In this document: positions 1-9,154 of the stretch, in pieces | How positions within the stretch are numbered: the stretch's first letter is position 1 | Layout: the number at the start of each line of letters is the position of its first letter | From: Chloroflexota bacterium | GTDB taxonomy: Bacteria; Chloroflexota; Anaerolineae; Anaerolineales; UBA11858 | Reading direction: 5' to 3' | NCBI GenBank assembly: GCA_016865865.1 | Contig: VGOC01000002.1 | Span: 22,863-86,862 of the forward strand | DNA length: 64,000 nucleotides | Translations under genes and position numbers: made by a program | Notes under the pieces: model-generated | Database searches by the model: none | What the model was told of the DNA's origin: nothing | Seen by the model: the letters and a program-made list of their open reading frames with translations, nothing else

Positions 1-1
1 A

Positions 2-370
2 TTGACTTATGATCTATTTACCAATGTGATCGAGTCGCTGAATGCAGAAGTCTCCCATATCGAGGTTGTGGCGCTGCGTGATGAGACCTTCTACGGCAAC
101 ATCGTCCTCCATGCAAATGGCAACATCATCAACATCGACTCACGGCCATCGGACGCTATGAATCTGGCAGTGCGCAGCGATGTGCCGATCTTTGTGGCTC
201 GCGAGGTCATGGACAAAGCCGGGATCATCCCTGAGGAGGACGAAATTTCCCTCGATGAGATGGGAGAAGCCGGGACGCCATCAGGGAAAGACAACGAACG
301 CCTCTCGATTTTCGAGGATTTCTTGGATCAGCTAGATATCGACGATTCGGCAGATGAAGAGAGCAAATAA
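2..370 (+). CDS. bifunctional nuclease (BFN/DUF151) family protein, C-terminal part; 5-prime end lies outside the window
   Basis: The ORF is open at the window edge. The segment NIDSRPSDAMNLAVRSDVPIFV resembles the DUF151 nuclease core. It has an acidic C-terminal tail. Confidence 0.65.
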   Translation: MTYDLFTNVIESLNAEVSHIEVVALRDETFYGNIVLHANGNIINIDSRPSDAMNLAVRSDVPIFVAREVMDKAGIIPEEDEISLDEMGEAGTPSGKDNERLSIFEDFLDQLDIDDSADEESK

Positions 371-378
371 TCACTGAA

Positions 379-399
379 AAAATCCATCATATGGATTTT
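379..399 (+). terminator. putative intrinsic terminator hairpin after the BFN gene
   Basis: AAAATCCAT-CAT-ATGGATTTT hairpin starts 9 nt after the stop codon and ends in a T-run. Confidence 0.45.
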
Positions 400-440
400 G
401 GCCGCTGACCGAAGCCGTCAAACTCGACTCTGACCAGCGC

Positions 441-466
441 CGTTCCCCCGTTTTTCGAGATGATAC
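441..466. repeat. solo end of a GTATC-type palindromic element
   Basis: CGTTCCCCCGTTTTTCGAGATGATAC resembles the right ends of the elements at 18189-18280 and 41599-41711. No matching left end is nearby. Confidence 0.45.
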
Positions 467-544
467 TATTTGCTTATCCATCCTTCTTGATATAGTGCGT
501 TATAGTTTTACCGCTCAACATTTGCATCATTCGCGCAAATGTTT

Positions 545-615
545 AACCGCAGAGCACGCAGAGAGCGCGGAGCCTATATTTGTTTTTCTCTGCGATCTCA
601 GCGCTCTCCGCGGTT
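545..615. repeat. imperfect hairpin repeat of the 'CGC-word' type upstream of dnaB
   Basis: AACCGC-AGAG-CACGC-AGAG-AGCGC-GGAG, then a loop, then CTCT-GCGAT-CTCA-GCGCT-CTCC-GCGGTT. The same architecture occurs at 5053-5166, 39765-39850 and 49248-49330. Confidence 0.6.
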
Positions 616-645
616 GAATGTTTGGTTGCGGCTGGAGGCCGCGCT

Positions 646-2025
646 ATGAGTATTGATATTCCTCCCGAAAATGAAATCCAGGCTGGTCCGCAGATCGTCC
701 CTCATAGCCGCGAAGCAGAGGAAGCTGTCATCGGGTCAATCATGCTCAACCCCGAGGTCTATTATGATGTCGCCGAGTTCCTGCAGGCGGAAGATTTCTA
801 TATCCACCGACACAGGTGGATCTGGCAATCCTTTGCCCGCTTGCAGCAGAGCCGCGCTCCGATCGATTCACTCACTGTCATTGATGATTTGGATCGGCAA
901 GGGCAGTTGGCCGAGATCGGGGGGGCTGCCTACATCACGACCCTGATCAACAGCGTGCCTTCTTCCTTACACGCCGAATCGTATGGCCGCATCGTCGAAG
1001 AGACGGCTGTCCGCCGCCGCATGCTGGAGGCGGCCAATAAGATCGCCAAGCTGGCGTATGAAGAAGCAACCGGCCTGGATGCGGTCATGAATGACGCCGA
1101 AAAGGCCATTTTTGGGGTCAGCGAGCGCAGGTTGACGCGCGACCTGGCGCCCATCCAAGTTGTGCTCAGCGAGTATTATGACACGATTAGCAAATTGGCC
1201 GGCTGCGATGATGAAATCCGCGGCGTGCCGACTGGCTTCATTGACATTGATCATCTGCTCGGTGGCTTGCAGCCTTCTGACTTGTTGATCATCGCCGGGA
1301 GGCCGGGAATGGGGAAGACCGGTTTTGCTATATCTGTCGCCAAAAACGCCGCCCTGACTCATAAGAAACACGTCGCCATTTTTTCGCTGGAGATGTCCAA
1401 TGAACAGTTGGTGCAGCGCCTGCTAGCCCAGGAGACCGGCATCGACTCGCAGCGGCTGCGGATGGGGAAGCTCGCCGAAGACGAGTGGTCGTTGTTCACC
1501 CATGCCATCGAGGTCATGAGCGGCACTCATATCTTCCTGGATGATACACCGGGCATCACTCCGCTGCAACTGCACACCAAATGCCGTCGCTTGCATCTCG
1601 AACACCGCCTTGATTTGATCATCGTAGATTATCTGCAATTGATGTCGGGGGATACGCGCACCGAGAATCGCGTTCAAGAGGTATCCTATATCTCTCGGCA
1701 GATGAAGATGCTGGCGCGCGAGTTGAACGTGCCTGTGTTGGCCGCGGCTCAGCTCTCGCGCGCTGTCGAGCAGCGCGGGGATAAAAAACCGGTGCTCTCC
1801 GATCTGCGCGAATCTGGATCGTTGGAGCAAGACTCGGATATCGTTATGTTCATCTACCGTCCGGAGATGTACGAGGATGACCCGGCAAAACAAAACCTGG
1901 CTGAGATCATCGTCGCCAAACATCGCAACGGGCCCACAGGCAGCGTACAACTGGTCTTCCGCAAGAATTTGGCGAAATTCGAAAACGCGGCCACCAGGGT
2001 TGTTGACCTTACAAGGGTGACGTGA
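646..2025 (+). CDS. dnaB: replicative DNA helicase DnaB
   Basis: The N-terminal domain reads PHSREAEEAVIGSIML. Walker A is GRPGMGKT. The DnaB/RecA-like core motifs IIVDYLQLM and AQLSR are present. I prefer the ATG at 646 because the listed upstream TTG start (580) reads through a repeat element. Confidence 0.95.
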   Translation: MSIDIPPENEIQAGPQIVPHSREAEEAVIGSIMLNPEVYYDVAEFLQAEDFYIHRHRWIWQSFARLQQSRAPIDSLTVIDDLDRQGQLAEIGGAAYITTLINSVPSSLHAESYGRIVEETAVRRRMLEAANKIAKLAYEEATGLDAVMNDAEKAIFGVSERRLTRDLAPIQVVLSEYYDTISKLAGCDDEIRGVPTGFIDIDHLLGGLQPSDLLIIAGRPGMGKTGFAISVAKNAALTHKKHVAIFSLEMSNEQLVQRLLAQETGIDSQRLRMGKLAEDEWSLFTHAIEVMSGTHIFLDDTPGITPLQLHTKCRRLHLEHRLDLIIVDYLQLMSGDTRTENRVQEVSYISRQMKMLARELNVPVLAAAQLSRAVEQRGDKKPVLSDLRESGSLEQDSDIVMFIYRPEMYEDDPAKQNLAEIIVAKHRNGPTGSVQLVFRKNLAKFENAATRVVDLTRVT

Positions 2026-2711
2026 TGACCTTTGCTGGTTTCCCTGATGGCAAGGTGAGCTTCAGCCGTATCCCGGAGTTGTTTTTCGGCGAATTATTAC
2101 CGCAGATCGATGATTTGGGAGAACTCAAGGTGACCTTATACGCCTTGTGGAAGCTGGAGTCTATGGAAGGGGATTTCCGCTATTTGAGGGAATCTGACTT
2201 TCGAGCGGACGAGCGGTTTATGTTTGGGTTGGCTGCCACGCCCGAGGAGGCTGAATCAGCCCTGAGGGAGTCCCTGGAGCGCGCTGTGGGGCGGGGAACA
2301 TACCTCAGGGTAGTGATCCCTCGAGACGAAGAAGCTGTCCTCTATTTCCTCAATACTTCCAGGGGCAGAGCCGCGGTCGAGGCGATTCGCAGGGGAGAGT
2401 GGCGCCCCCAGGAGTCCCCAACCACCGCGCCCGTACTATCCCCAGAGCGCCCGAGTATCTATCATCTGTATGAGCAGAATATCGGGCTGATCACACCGCT
2501 GCTTTCCGAGACGCTCCAGGAGGCCGAAGACACTTACCCGGCTGAATGGATCGAGGAGGCATTCCGCATCGCTGTCGAAAAGAATATCCGTAACTGGCGC
2601 TATATCGAGGCCATTTTACGACGCTGGCACGAAAGAGGTTATGATGTCCGAAAAGATCGTCGAGACCCTGAAGAACATCGCCAACAATATGCCGAGTGGG
2701 AAAACGACTGA
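2025..2711 (+). CDS. DnaD-domain replication initiation/primosome protein
   Basis: The C-terminal segment IYHLYEQNIGLITPLLSETLQEAEDTYPAEWIEEAFRIAVEKNIRNWRYIEAILRRW looks like a DnaD/DnaB_2 (PF07261-like) domain. The start overlaps the dnaB stop (TGATG). Confidence 0.7.
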   Translation: MTFAGFPDGKVSFSRIPELFFGELLPQIDDLGELKVTLYALWKLESMEGDFRYLRESDFRADERFMFGLAATPEEAESALRESLERAVGRGTYLRVVIPRDEEAVLYFLNTSRGRAAVEAIRRGEWRPQESPTTAPVLSPERPSIYHLYEQNIGLITPLLSETLQEAEDTYPAEWIEEAFRIAVEKNIRNWRYIEAILRRWHERGYDVRKDRRDPEEHRQQYAEWEND

Positions 2712-4050
2712 TTTTGGGGCGGAATTCCCAAGACATGATCTGCCGGGCGATCCATCATGTTCCATCTGTGGTGGGGTGGGCTTTCTGAGACAAGACGTCC
2801 CAGTCGGCCATCCGGAATTTGGCAAGCTGCAAATCTGCACCTGCCGAAAGGGGGAACTCGACCGTCGCATGCACAGGCGCCTGTTCGCCCTCAGCCGGTT
2901 GGACGAGCTGAAGCATTTGAATTTCGACAACTTCCGACCGCGCGGCCGCGTTGGCCTGCGACCTGCCCAGGCCGATTCATTGGAACAGGCGTTCAACCAG
3001 GCGCAGATGTTTGCGCGTACGCACAAGGGTTGGCTTTTGCTCTATGGGGGGTATGGCACTGGGAAAACCCATCTGGCCGCGGCGATCGCGAATTTCGCTG
3101 TCGAAATGGGCATCCCCACGTTATTCATCACCGTCCCTGACTTGCTGGATACGCTACGCTATTCCTTCGATGATCCCGACGCCACGTTCGAACAGCGTTT
3201 CGAGGAAATTCGCAGCGCGCCTTTGTTGATCATGGATGATTTCGGCACACAGAATGCGACCGAGTGGGCGCAAGAAAAGCTCTTTCAAATCTTGAACTAT
3301 CGCTATATCAATCGCCTTCCCCTCGTAGTGACCACGAATCTACTGCTCGAAGAAATGGAACCCCGCATTCGTTCCCGCCTGGATGACCCTGAGTTGGTGA
3401 CGCGCGTCAATATCAAAGCGCAGGACTACCGGCGCCCCGAATATGACCGACTAGGTCATTCGGCGCTGTCTTCCTCGATGGATTTCTTGCACAAACTTGC
3501 CTTCTCCACCTTCGACTTTCGGGAAAAAGAAGACCTTCCCTCTGATCATGTGGATAGCCTGAAACGTGCCTTCGAAGAAGCGCGAGAATTTGCAGAAGAC
3601 CCCGATGGCTGGCTGGTGCTGACCGGCCCGTATGGATGTGGTAAAACCCATCTCGCGGCGGCGATTGCCAATTACCGCGCCGATCAGGGGCACATGCCTA
3701 TGTTTGTCGTCGTCCCCGATCTGATGGATCATTTGAGGGCCACGTTTGGCCCGCGCAGTACGGTCACGATGGATCGCCTCTTCGAGGATGTAAAAAAAGC
3801 CCCCCTTTTGGTCCTGGATGATTTGGGCACCCAGAATATGACCCCGTGGGCCAGGGAGAAGCTCTACCAGTTATTCAATTATCGCTACAACGCTGAACTG
3901 CCCACTGTCATCACCACCCCTGAATTGAAAGATGAAATGGATCCCCGCTTGCTCAGCCGAATGAGAGATACGCGTTTGAGCGTTATTTGCGCGATCACTG
4001 CGCCTTCCTATCGAGGGGCGAGGAAGAAGAGGAAGAGAAGTAGATACTAA
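2641..4050 (+). CDS. DnaC/DnaI-like helicase loader with a Cys-rich N-terminus and two tandem AAA+ modules
   Basis: There are two full copies of the loader module. Copy 1 has GGYGTGKTHLAAAIAN, LLIMDDFG and VVTTN. Copy 2 has GPYGCGKTHLAAAIAN, LLVLDDLG and VITT. The N-terminus reads CSICGGVGF...CTC. A GAAAGAGG ribosome-binding site lies just upstream of the ATG at 2641. The gene overlaps the preceding gene by about 70 nt. Confidence 0.85.
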   Translation: MMSEKIVETLKNIANNMPSGKTTDFGAEFPRHDLPGDPSCSICGGVGFLRQDVPVGHPEFGKLQICTCRKGELDRRMHRRLFALSRLDELKHLNFDNFRPRGRVGLRPAQADSLEQAFNQAQMFARTHKGWLLLYGGYGTGKTHLAAAIANFAVEMGIPTLFITVPDLLDTLRYSFDDPDATFEQRFEEIRSAPLLIMDDFGTQNATEWAQEKLFQILNYRYINRLPLVVTTNLLLEEMEPRIRSRLDDPELVTRVNIKAQDYRRPEYDRLGHSALSSSMDFLHKLAFSTFDFREKEDLPSDHVDSLKRAFEEAREFAEDPDGWLVLTGPYGCGKTHLAAAIANYRADQGHMPMFVVVPDLMDHLRATFGPRSTVTMDRLFEDVKKAPLLVLDDLGTQNMTPWAREKLYQLFNYRYNAELPTVITTPELKDEMDPRLLSRMRDTRLSVICAITAPSYRGARKKRKRSRY

Positions 4051-4053
4051 TTG

Positions 4054-4116
4054 TTGATAAATATTCTATGGCAGTCGAGGCTTTCTCTTGATAAAATATT
4101 GCTAATAAGACTATAT
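4054..4116 (+). promoter_or_regulatory. AT-rich putative promoter/operator region upstream of the FTR1 permease
   Basis: Direct repeat TTGATAAATATT (4054) and TTGATAAAATATT (4088). A possible -35 TTGATA, 17-18 nt spacer and -10 TATATC can be read. An AGGAG ribosome-binding site is at 4128. Assigned by eye only. Confidence 0.3.
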
Positions 4117-4139
4117 CTATCCAATATCAGGAGAAAAAA

Positions 4140-4961
4140 ATGTTCCCAAGTTTTTTATTGGCTTTACGTGAAGGCCTCGAGGCCGCTCTCATTATCGGTA
4201 TCGTCCTGGGAGTGCTTCGAAAGGTCAACCGCACACAATTGAAGTCGGTTGTTTGGGTGGGGGTAGGCAGCGCTGCGCTGGTGAGTCTGTTGGGGGCTTT
4301 GGCGCTCAACGCGGTGGGAGCGTCTTTCGAAGGCCGGGCTGAGGAGATCTTCGAAGGCGTTACCATGTTCATCGCGGCGGGGGTGCTGACCTGGATGATC
4401 TTCTGGATGCAGCGTCAGGCGCGCATGATCCAAATTGAGCTGGAAGCCGATGTGCGTCGAGCAGCTCTGGCAGGGGGTCAGCGAGCTTTGTTTCTATTAT
4501 CCTTCGTGGCTGTCGTTCGCGAGGGAATCGAGTTGGCGCTCTTTCTCACCGCGGCGGCGATGACGACCTCCGCGCAACAAACACTGACTGGCGCAATATT
4601 AGGTTTGGGTACCGCGGTGCTGCTGGGGTGGTCGCTCTTTGCCAGCACAGTCCGCCTGGATTTGCGCCGTTTCTTCCAGGTGACGGGTGTTCTGCTGATC
4701 TTGTTTGCAGCGGGCTTGACGGCTCATGGAATCCATGAGTTCAACGAGGCGGGCTGGATTCCAGCCGTCATCGAGCATGTTTGGGATATCAATCACATCG
4801 TAGACGAGAATTCGACTTTTGGGTTGGTGCTCAAATCGCTGTTTGGCTACAACGGCAATCCATCCCTGACAGAAATATTGGGCTATGCGATGTATTTCAT
4901 CGCCATCGGGTTGGGGCTTCGCTGGAGGAGGCAGATTCTTCCCGCGGTCCGAGACATCTGA
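4140..4961 (+). CDS. FTR1/EfeU-family high-affinity iron permease
   Basis: Two REGLE-type motifs (REGLEAALI and REGIELALF) sit in a polytopic membrane protein. This is the hallmark of the FTR1 family. Confidence 0.85.
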   Translation: MFPSFLLALREGLEAALIIGIVLGVLRKVNRTQLKSVVWVGVGSAALVSLLGALALNAVGASFEGRAEEIFEGVTMFIAAGVLTWMIFWMQRQARMIQIELEADVRRAALAGGQRALFLLSFVAVVREGIELALFLTAAAMTTSAQQTLTGAILGLGTAVLLGWSLFASTVRLDLRRFFQVTGVLLILFAAGLTAHGIHEFNEAGWIPAVIEHVWDINHIVDENSTFGLVLKSLFGYNGNPSLTEILGYAMYFIAIGLGLRWRRQILPAVRDI

Positions 4962-5052
4962 GAACCGTTCCCTATAATCGGGAGTGCGAGCGCGCTGCAA
5001 CGAGAAGCTAAACTTCTGTCAGAAGTTTAACTTCTTCCGAAGCAAGAAAACT

Positions 5053-5166
5053 CACCGCGTATGCTGTGCACGCCTGCGGCGAGATGCGAAGGGCGCGAAG
5101 TTTTTATAAGATTTTCTTTGCGCTCTCGCTATGCGCGCCGTTGGCGTGTGGCTTTGCGGTTCGAAA
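5053..5166. repeat. 'CGC-word' imperfect hairpin repeat between convergent genes
   Basis: The left arm ends GCGAGATGCGAAGGGCGCGAAG. The right arm reads CTTTGCGCTCTCGCTATGCGCGCC..GGCTTTGCGGTTCGAAA. The architecture matches 545-615. Confidence 0.55.
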
Positions 5167-5203
5167 TCCCGTGTTTGGTTCCGGCTTGTCCGGGTTAGGG
5201 TGG

Positions 5204-6730
5204 TTACGAACGATTCAGTTCGGCAAATTTATGCTTGAGCACATCGAGGAGCTCAGCGGCAATATCTTTACGCGTTGGATACAAATTGTGCAGTTCTTCT
5301 GGATCGTTGGCGAGATCATAGAGTTCGATCAGTTCGGCGTCATCTTCTAGTTGCTCGTAGCCGAAATACCACATCAGTTTGTAATCCCCGCGTATCAGCA
5401 TGGCGGTTGCTTCAGCTACGTGATTGTTTTCATCGAGCCGTTCGACTTGAACTGTAGTGATGTCTCTCTCAGTTGGGGCTGTTGTGTCGAATGGGGGCAT
5501 CACGATCCCTTCTGCCCATTCCGGGATATCCTGATTGGCGATTTGCAGAAGGGTGGGTAACAAATCAATCATTGATGTCTTTTCGTAGACATCTACTCGT
5601 TCGTTTTGGCCGGGAGGAAAGATCAACAAGGGAATATGGCTGATGGGTTGGTGGAAAATCGGTTGAATATGGCCGAGGATGCCCCGTTCGAACATCTCGC
5701 CATGGTCTGTAGTCAGGATCAGCCAGGTATCCTTCAAGATACCGCTTTGTTTCAATTGCTCGTAGAGCCGGGCGAATTCGGCGTCCACGTACAAGATGAA
5801 TTCGTCATACCAGCGAAGTTCCTCGATCATTCTGTCTTCGGCGACGCCCTGATCCAGAAGATGCAGTGGTTTCTCCAGCGGTTGAAAGTTATCCTGGGTG
5901 AATCTGTCTATGAAATCCAGGCGGGTGTTGTAAGGATCGTGAGGCGGCAGAAAGTGGTAGTATCCAAAGAACGGTCGAGGGGCAGCGTCAATCGAACTTG
6001 ACAACCAATCGATGCCCTGTTCGAGGGTGAAGAAGTTCAAGCCCAGCTCACTGTAATTGGGGATCCCGCGTGGAAAGGCTGGCGCGATGTCGGCTCCTCT
6101 TCTATTGACGAACGATTCATAGATTTGCGAGAGGTAGAGTGTGTAAGCATGACCTTCATCCAGGCGCTTCATGCCTCGGCGCCACCCTAAAGAGGCAACA
6201 TCTTGATCGTTCTGGAATAACGTGAAGTTCAAGGGGTCTTTTTCGAAGTATAGCTCTGGCCATGGGGTGTGTTTGTCAATATCGGTCAAGAACTGGCGGA
6301 GCAGCGTGTCTGCCAGGGGATTATGGGTATAGGCCAGCCTGTGATATCCGCGGAAGGCATCGAAGATATTCATTTCCACGGAGGAGGGTTCTACTGTGTC
6401 ATTGTGTTTAAAAGCCCGATGAGTCCAGGGAGTCGTCCCGGTCAGGAGGGAGGCCGTCCCGGGGGTGGTGAAGTGCCCGCCGGTAAAATGATTGTGATAA
6501 ACGATGGCTCGATCAGCTAACCTTTCCAGATGAGGCGTTGTCTTGCGATGGTAACCGTAAAGGGAGATGTTCGACGCTGACCATGCATCGAAGACGATGA
6601 TGAGGATGTTCTCGTCATTCGAGTTCTTATCAGCCTCCTCCGCTTTGGAAAAGGAAGAGGGGATTGCATAACTCAAAGAGAAGAGTCCTGCCAGTTTCAG
6701 AAAGTCACGTCGCGTGATGGCCGAATTCAT
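5204..6730 (-). CDS. sulfatase-like / alkaline-phosphatase-superfamily hydrolase with a twin-arginine signal
   Basis: Starting at the ATG at 6730 gives MNSAITRRDFLKLAG, a Tat motif. The PF00884-like core is present (IIVFDAWSASN, LTTDHGEMF). I see no canonical CxPxR formylglycine motif. The start overlaps the upstream stop (ATGA). Confidence 0.8.
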   Translation of the reverse strand: MNSAITRRDFLKLAGLFSLSYAIPSSFSKAEEADKNSNDENILIIVFDAWSASNISLYGYHRKTTPHLERLADRAIVYHNHFTGGHFTTPGTASLLTGTTPWTHRAFKHNDTVEPSSVEMNIFDAFRGYHRLAYTHNPLADTLLRQFLTDIDKHTPWPELYFEKDPLNFTLFQNDQDVASLGWRRGMKRLDEGHAYTLYLSQIYESFVNRRGADIAPAFPRGIPNYSELGLNFFTLEQGIDWLSSSIDAAPRPFFGYYHFLPPHDPYNTRLDFIDRFTQDNFQPLEKPLHLLDQGVAEDRMIEELRWYDEFILYVDAEFARLYEQLKQSGILKDTWLILTTDHGEMFERGILGHIQPIFHQPISHIPLLIFPPGQNERVDVYEKTSMIDLLPTLLQIANQDIPEWAEGIVMPPFDTTAPTERDITTVQVERLDENNHVAEATAMLIRGDYKLMWYFGYEQLEDDAELIELYDLANDPEELHNLYPTRKDIAAELLDVLKHKFAELNRS

Positions 6731-7329
6731 GACAAAGACTGAAGGTTGCGGATGAGAATGATGATGATCCCGCCAAGATCCAAAACCAGGTAAATCGTTG
6801 TCAATAGGGAGAGCCGTTCGATCAGGTTTCGAATGATAGAGAAAGCCCTCTCGGATTTCAACACCCCATAGACAGGCAACAAAATCGTTGGGAGTGCAAG
6901 GACCGCACAGAGCGCGTAGAGAATTCTCAATGGGTGAGTGGATTCGAGCAAAAGTCGAAATATAATTTCCGGGGTAGAAAAACCCAATAGAAAGAATAGT
7001 TGGTTGACGATCGCCCAAATTCCAGTGATCACGATCAACGCCGAAAGAACGGTTACCCGTTTATCTTCCTCCCAACAGCTCGAGATCAAGAAGCTCGACG
7101 CCAGCGCGATGACAAAAACAAAGATGCTCTCGACGAGCGCAATGAGAAGTCCATAAGCGCCCACGCCAATCGCGTCCCACGAATTCGAACGTTCGGCCAC
7201 CCACGAGAAATCCTGAAGAATCAGAATGATCGCCCATACATGGGTTGGGAATGCAGCCATGAGGAACAGCGTCCAAAGACTTCTTTTCGAGAACTTGGAT
7301 ATTTCGAAAGGAAGCTTATAAGTACCCAA
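6727..7329 (-). CDS. polytopic membrane protein, unknown function
   Basis: Several hydrophobic helices. It is embedded in the operon with overlaps at both ends (14 nt upstream, ATGA downstream). Confidence 0.6.
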   Translation of the reverse strand: MGTYKLPFEISKFSKRSLWTLFLMAAFPTHVWAIILILQDFSWVAERSNSWDAIGVGAYGLLIALVESIFVFVIALASSFLISSCWEEDKRVTVLSALIVITGIWAIVNQLFFLLGFSTPEIIFRLLLESTHPLRILYALCAVLALPTILLPVYGVLKSERAFSIIRNLIERLSLLTTIYLVLDLGGIIIILIRNLQSLS

Positions 7330-9145
7330 GACCTATCAACCTCTCTTCCAACTCTGCCTGTTCTTCGCTTTCCAATGTGGGCGGTTTCTTGGCTGCCCTG
7401 GCTTTAGGCTTCATGCCGATAGCAATATAGGGAAATTCCCTGTAGGAGGGATGGGATATATCATCGAAGCCTCGATTGGAGAAAAGCACGCCCGGGACGA
7501 GTTTCGGGGCGATACAATGATCGGCGCGCCAGTGATCCATGTTCTCTTCGATTGCATCCGACGGCCATTTCCCTAACCCGGTTTCAGCCGAAGCGCGGTA
7601 TCCGTTCGAGAACCCCAGGATGAGGTCAGGGGCAAGCGGAGCATACGGGCTGCTATCATCGGCCGGGCTGGCGAGGATCGAATCGAAGATGAGGTTACCA
7701 TCGGGGCCTTTCCACTGCGATAACTTGCGCCGGAGTTCCTCGAGCAGCGCGCCTTTTTGATCTTGACCAACGCATCCTTTCCCTTCTCTGCCGGAAATAT
7801 TCAGGTAAAGGCTATTCAATCCAATCGCATAGGCCTGGCTCTGGGGCCATTCTGCAGCGAGCAGCGATTTGCTGGTAGATGCTAGACTGGTTGTGACCAG
7901 GTAGCCCTGCTCTTCGAGCCAGCGATTGACATGCACTTTATAATCAAAGTTCGCAAATCCATGATCCGATACGACCAGCAAGTGGGTTTGCCTCGCTTCG
8001 ACCCTTTCCACCACCTGCTCAACGAGCTGATCGAGCCTGACGTACCATTCTTCGATAATGTCTGGTCGATCATGCCAGAACATGTGCTGGATACGATCCG
8101 GCGAGTCGAATACGCAGGCCAGAATCCCTTCGTCGAAACGCTGAAGATTATTCAGAAACACCTGTTTCCTGGTAGTGAAAATCTGCCTGCATAAATCCAT
8201 AAACTGATCGTCTGAAATCAGGCCCTCTTCCAGAGCGGTGGTATCCTGCGGCCAGCCCAAAGATAAAAAGCCTCCCGATTCATCCCAGGTCTGTTTGACG
8301 AAACCGCGCGGCGAGGCGTAATGCCACGGGGATTTCAGGGGGTGGATTTGTAGCGGCAAGAAATACAGGCGAGAGGAGGGCAATCCATGGGTCAGGATCA
8401 CCCTGGTAATTGCGCTCACCGAGGCCATCAGCCCCATTTTGAATTTCAATTCGATGATGGGGCTCCAACGGCCCAGTTCCAACTCGATTGTTTTTTCCCC
8501 AATGGATAGGCGGGCATGAGTATCCTCGAGGAAGGAGAGTCGAAATTCCAGGGAAGCCTTTTGCGCCTGGGCTGATTTTTGTCGGGCGGGGCCAACCAGT
8601 TCGCCCGTGAATTCGGTTTTCCCTTTCGATGACAATTTTTGGATGGGGATCTTCTGGTTCTCTCTGGGGGAATCAGGATCAGCCGCAAATCCTAGGCCGA
8701 CTCCCAGGCGGCCATGGATATCCGGTACGCCTAAACCGGGGATATTTCTGACGGGCGAGTCCAGGCGCGCCGGGAACATTGCCGGCCACCACAGCGTGGT
8801 AGCCGGATACCCCTGTTCGATGGCCTCGTCGAAGATCGTATGGCTGTTGTGGGGAGGGGTGAATTCGACGCCGAGACTGGTTCGTCTGGTCGGCAACAGG
8901 GAAACATACAGGTGATAATTTTCGGGGTTTCTGTGTACGAAATCGAAGATACCATGCCCGGCAGGGTCAAGCCCGGTTGCGATGCTCGTCCAGGAGACCT
9001 CGCTTTGGGGGGGGGTGGAAACCTCGAAGCGCGCATACCCGCCCTGGTTTGCGAGTCTGGTCAACGTTGCCAGTTTGCCCTGTTCGCGTAAAGCTTCGAA
9101 AACCTTTGGGTCGAAGGCGTCTAATCCAAGGATGATCGTCTTCAT
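7316..9145 (-). CDS. alkaline-phosphatase-superfamily protein (type I phosphodiesterase / nucleotide pyrophosphatase-like)
   Basis: The N-terminus ILGLDAFDP...TPPQSEVSWTSIATGLDPAGHGIFDF and the later VVSDHGF are typical of AP-superfamily (COG3379-like) enzymes. Confidence 0.8.
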   Translation of the reverse strand: MKTIILGLDAFDPKVFEALREQGKLATLTRLANQGGYARFEVSTPPQSEVSWTSIATGLDPAGHGIFDFVHRNPENYHLYVSLLPTRRTSLGVEFTPPHNSHTIFDEAIEQGYPATTLWWPAMFPARLDSPVRNIPGLGVPDIHGRLGVGLGFAADPDSPRENQKIPIQKLSSKGKTEFTGELVGPARQKSAQAQKASLEFRLSFLEDTHARLSIGEKTIELELGRWSPIIELKFKMGLMASVSAITRVILTHGLPSSRLYFLPLQIHPLKSPWHYASPRGFVKQTWDESGGFLSLGWPQDTTALEEGLISDDQFMDLCRQIFTTRKQVFLNNLQRFDEGILACVFDSPDRIQHMFWHDRPDIIEEWYVRLDQLVEQVVERVEARQTHLLVVSDHGFANFDYKVHVNRWLEEQGYLVTTSLASTSKSLLAAEWPQSQAYAIGLNSLYLNISGREGKGCVGQDQKGALLEELRRKLSQWKGPDGNLIFDSILASPADDSSPYAPLAPDLILGFSNGYRASAETGLGKWPSDAIEENMDHWRADHCIAPKLVPGVLFSNRGFDDISHPSYREFPYIAIGMKPKARAAKKPPTLESEEQAELEERLIGLGYL

Positions 9146-9154
9146 AAGAACAGC

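Noticed and set aside
4962-5052. Short hairpin AAACTTCTG-TC-AGAAGTTT as a terminator for the FTR1 gene
   Set aside because: The stem is only 8 bp and AT-rich, with no following T-run. It is plausible but not supportable beyond chance.
5150-5175. tRNA-like T-loop (GCGGTTCGAAATCCCG)
   Set aside because: No acceptor, D or anticodon arms can be drawn around it. The GCGGT(T)GAAAT motif is the conserved terminus of the CGC-word hairpin family (compare 611-620 and 39840-39850).
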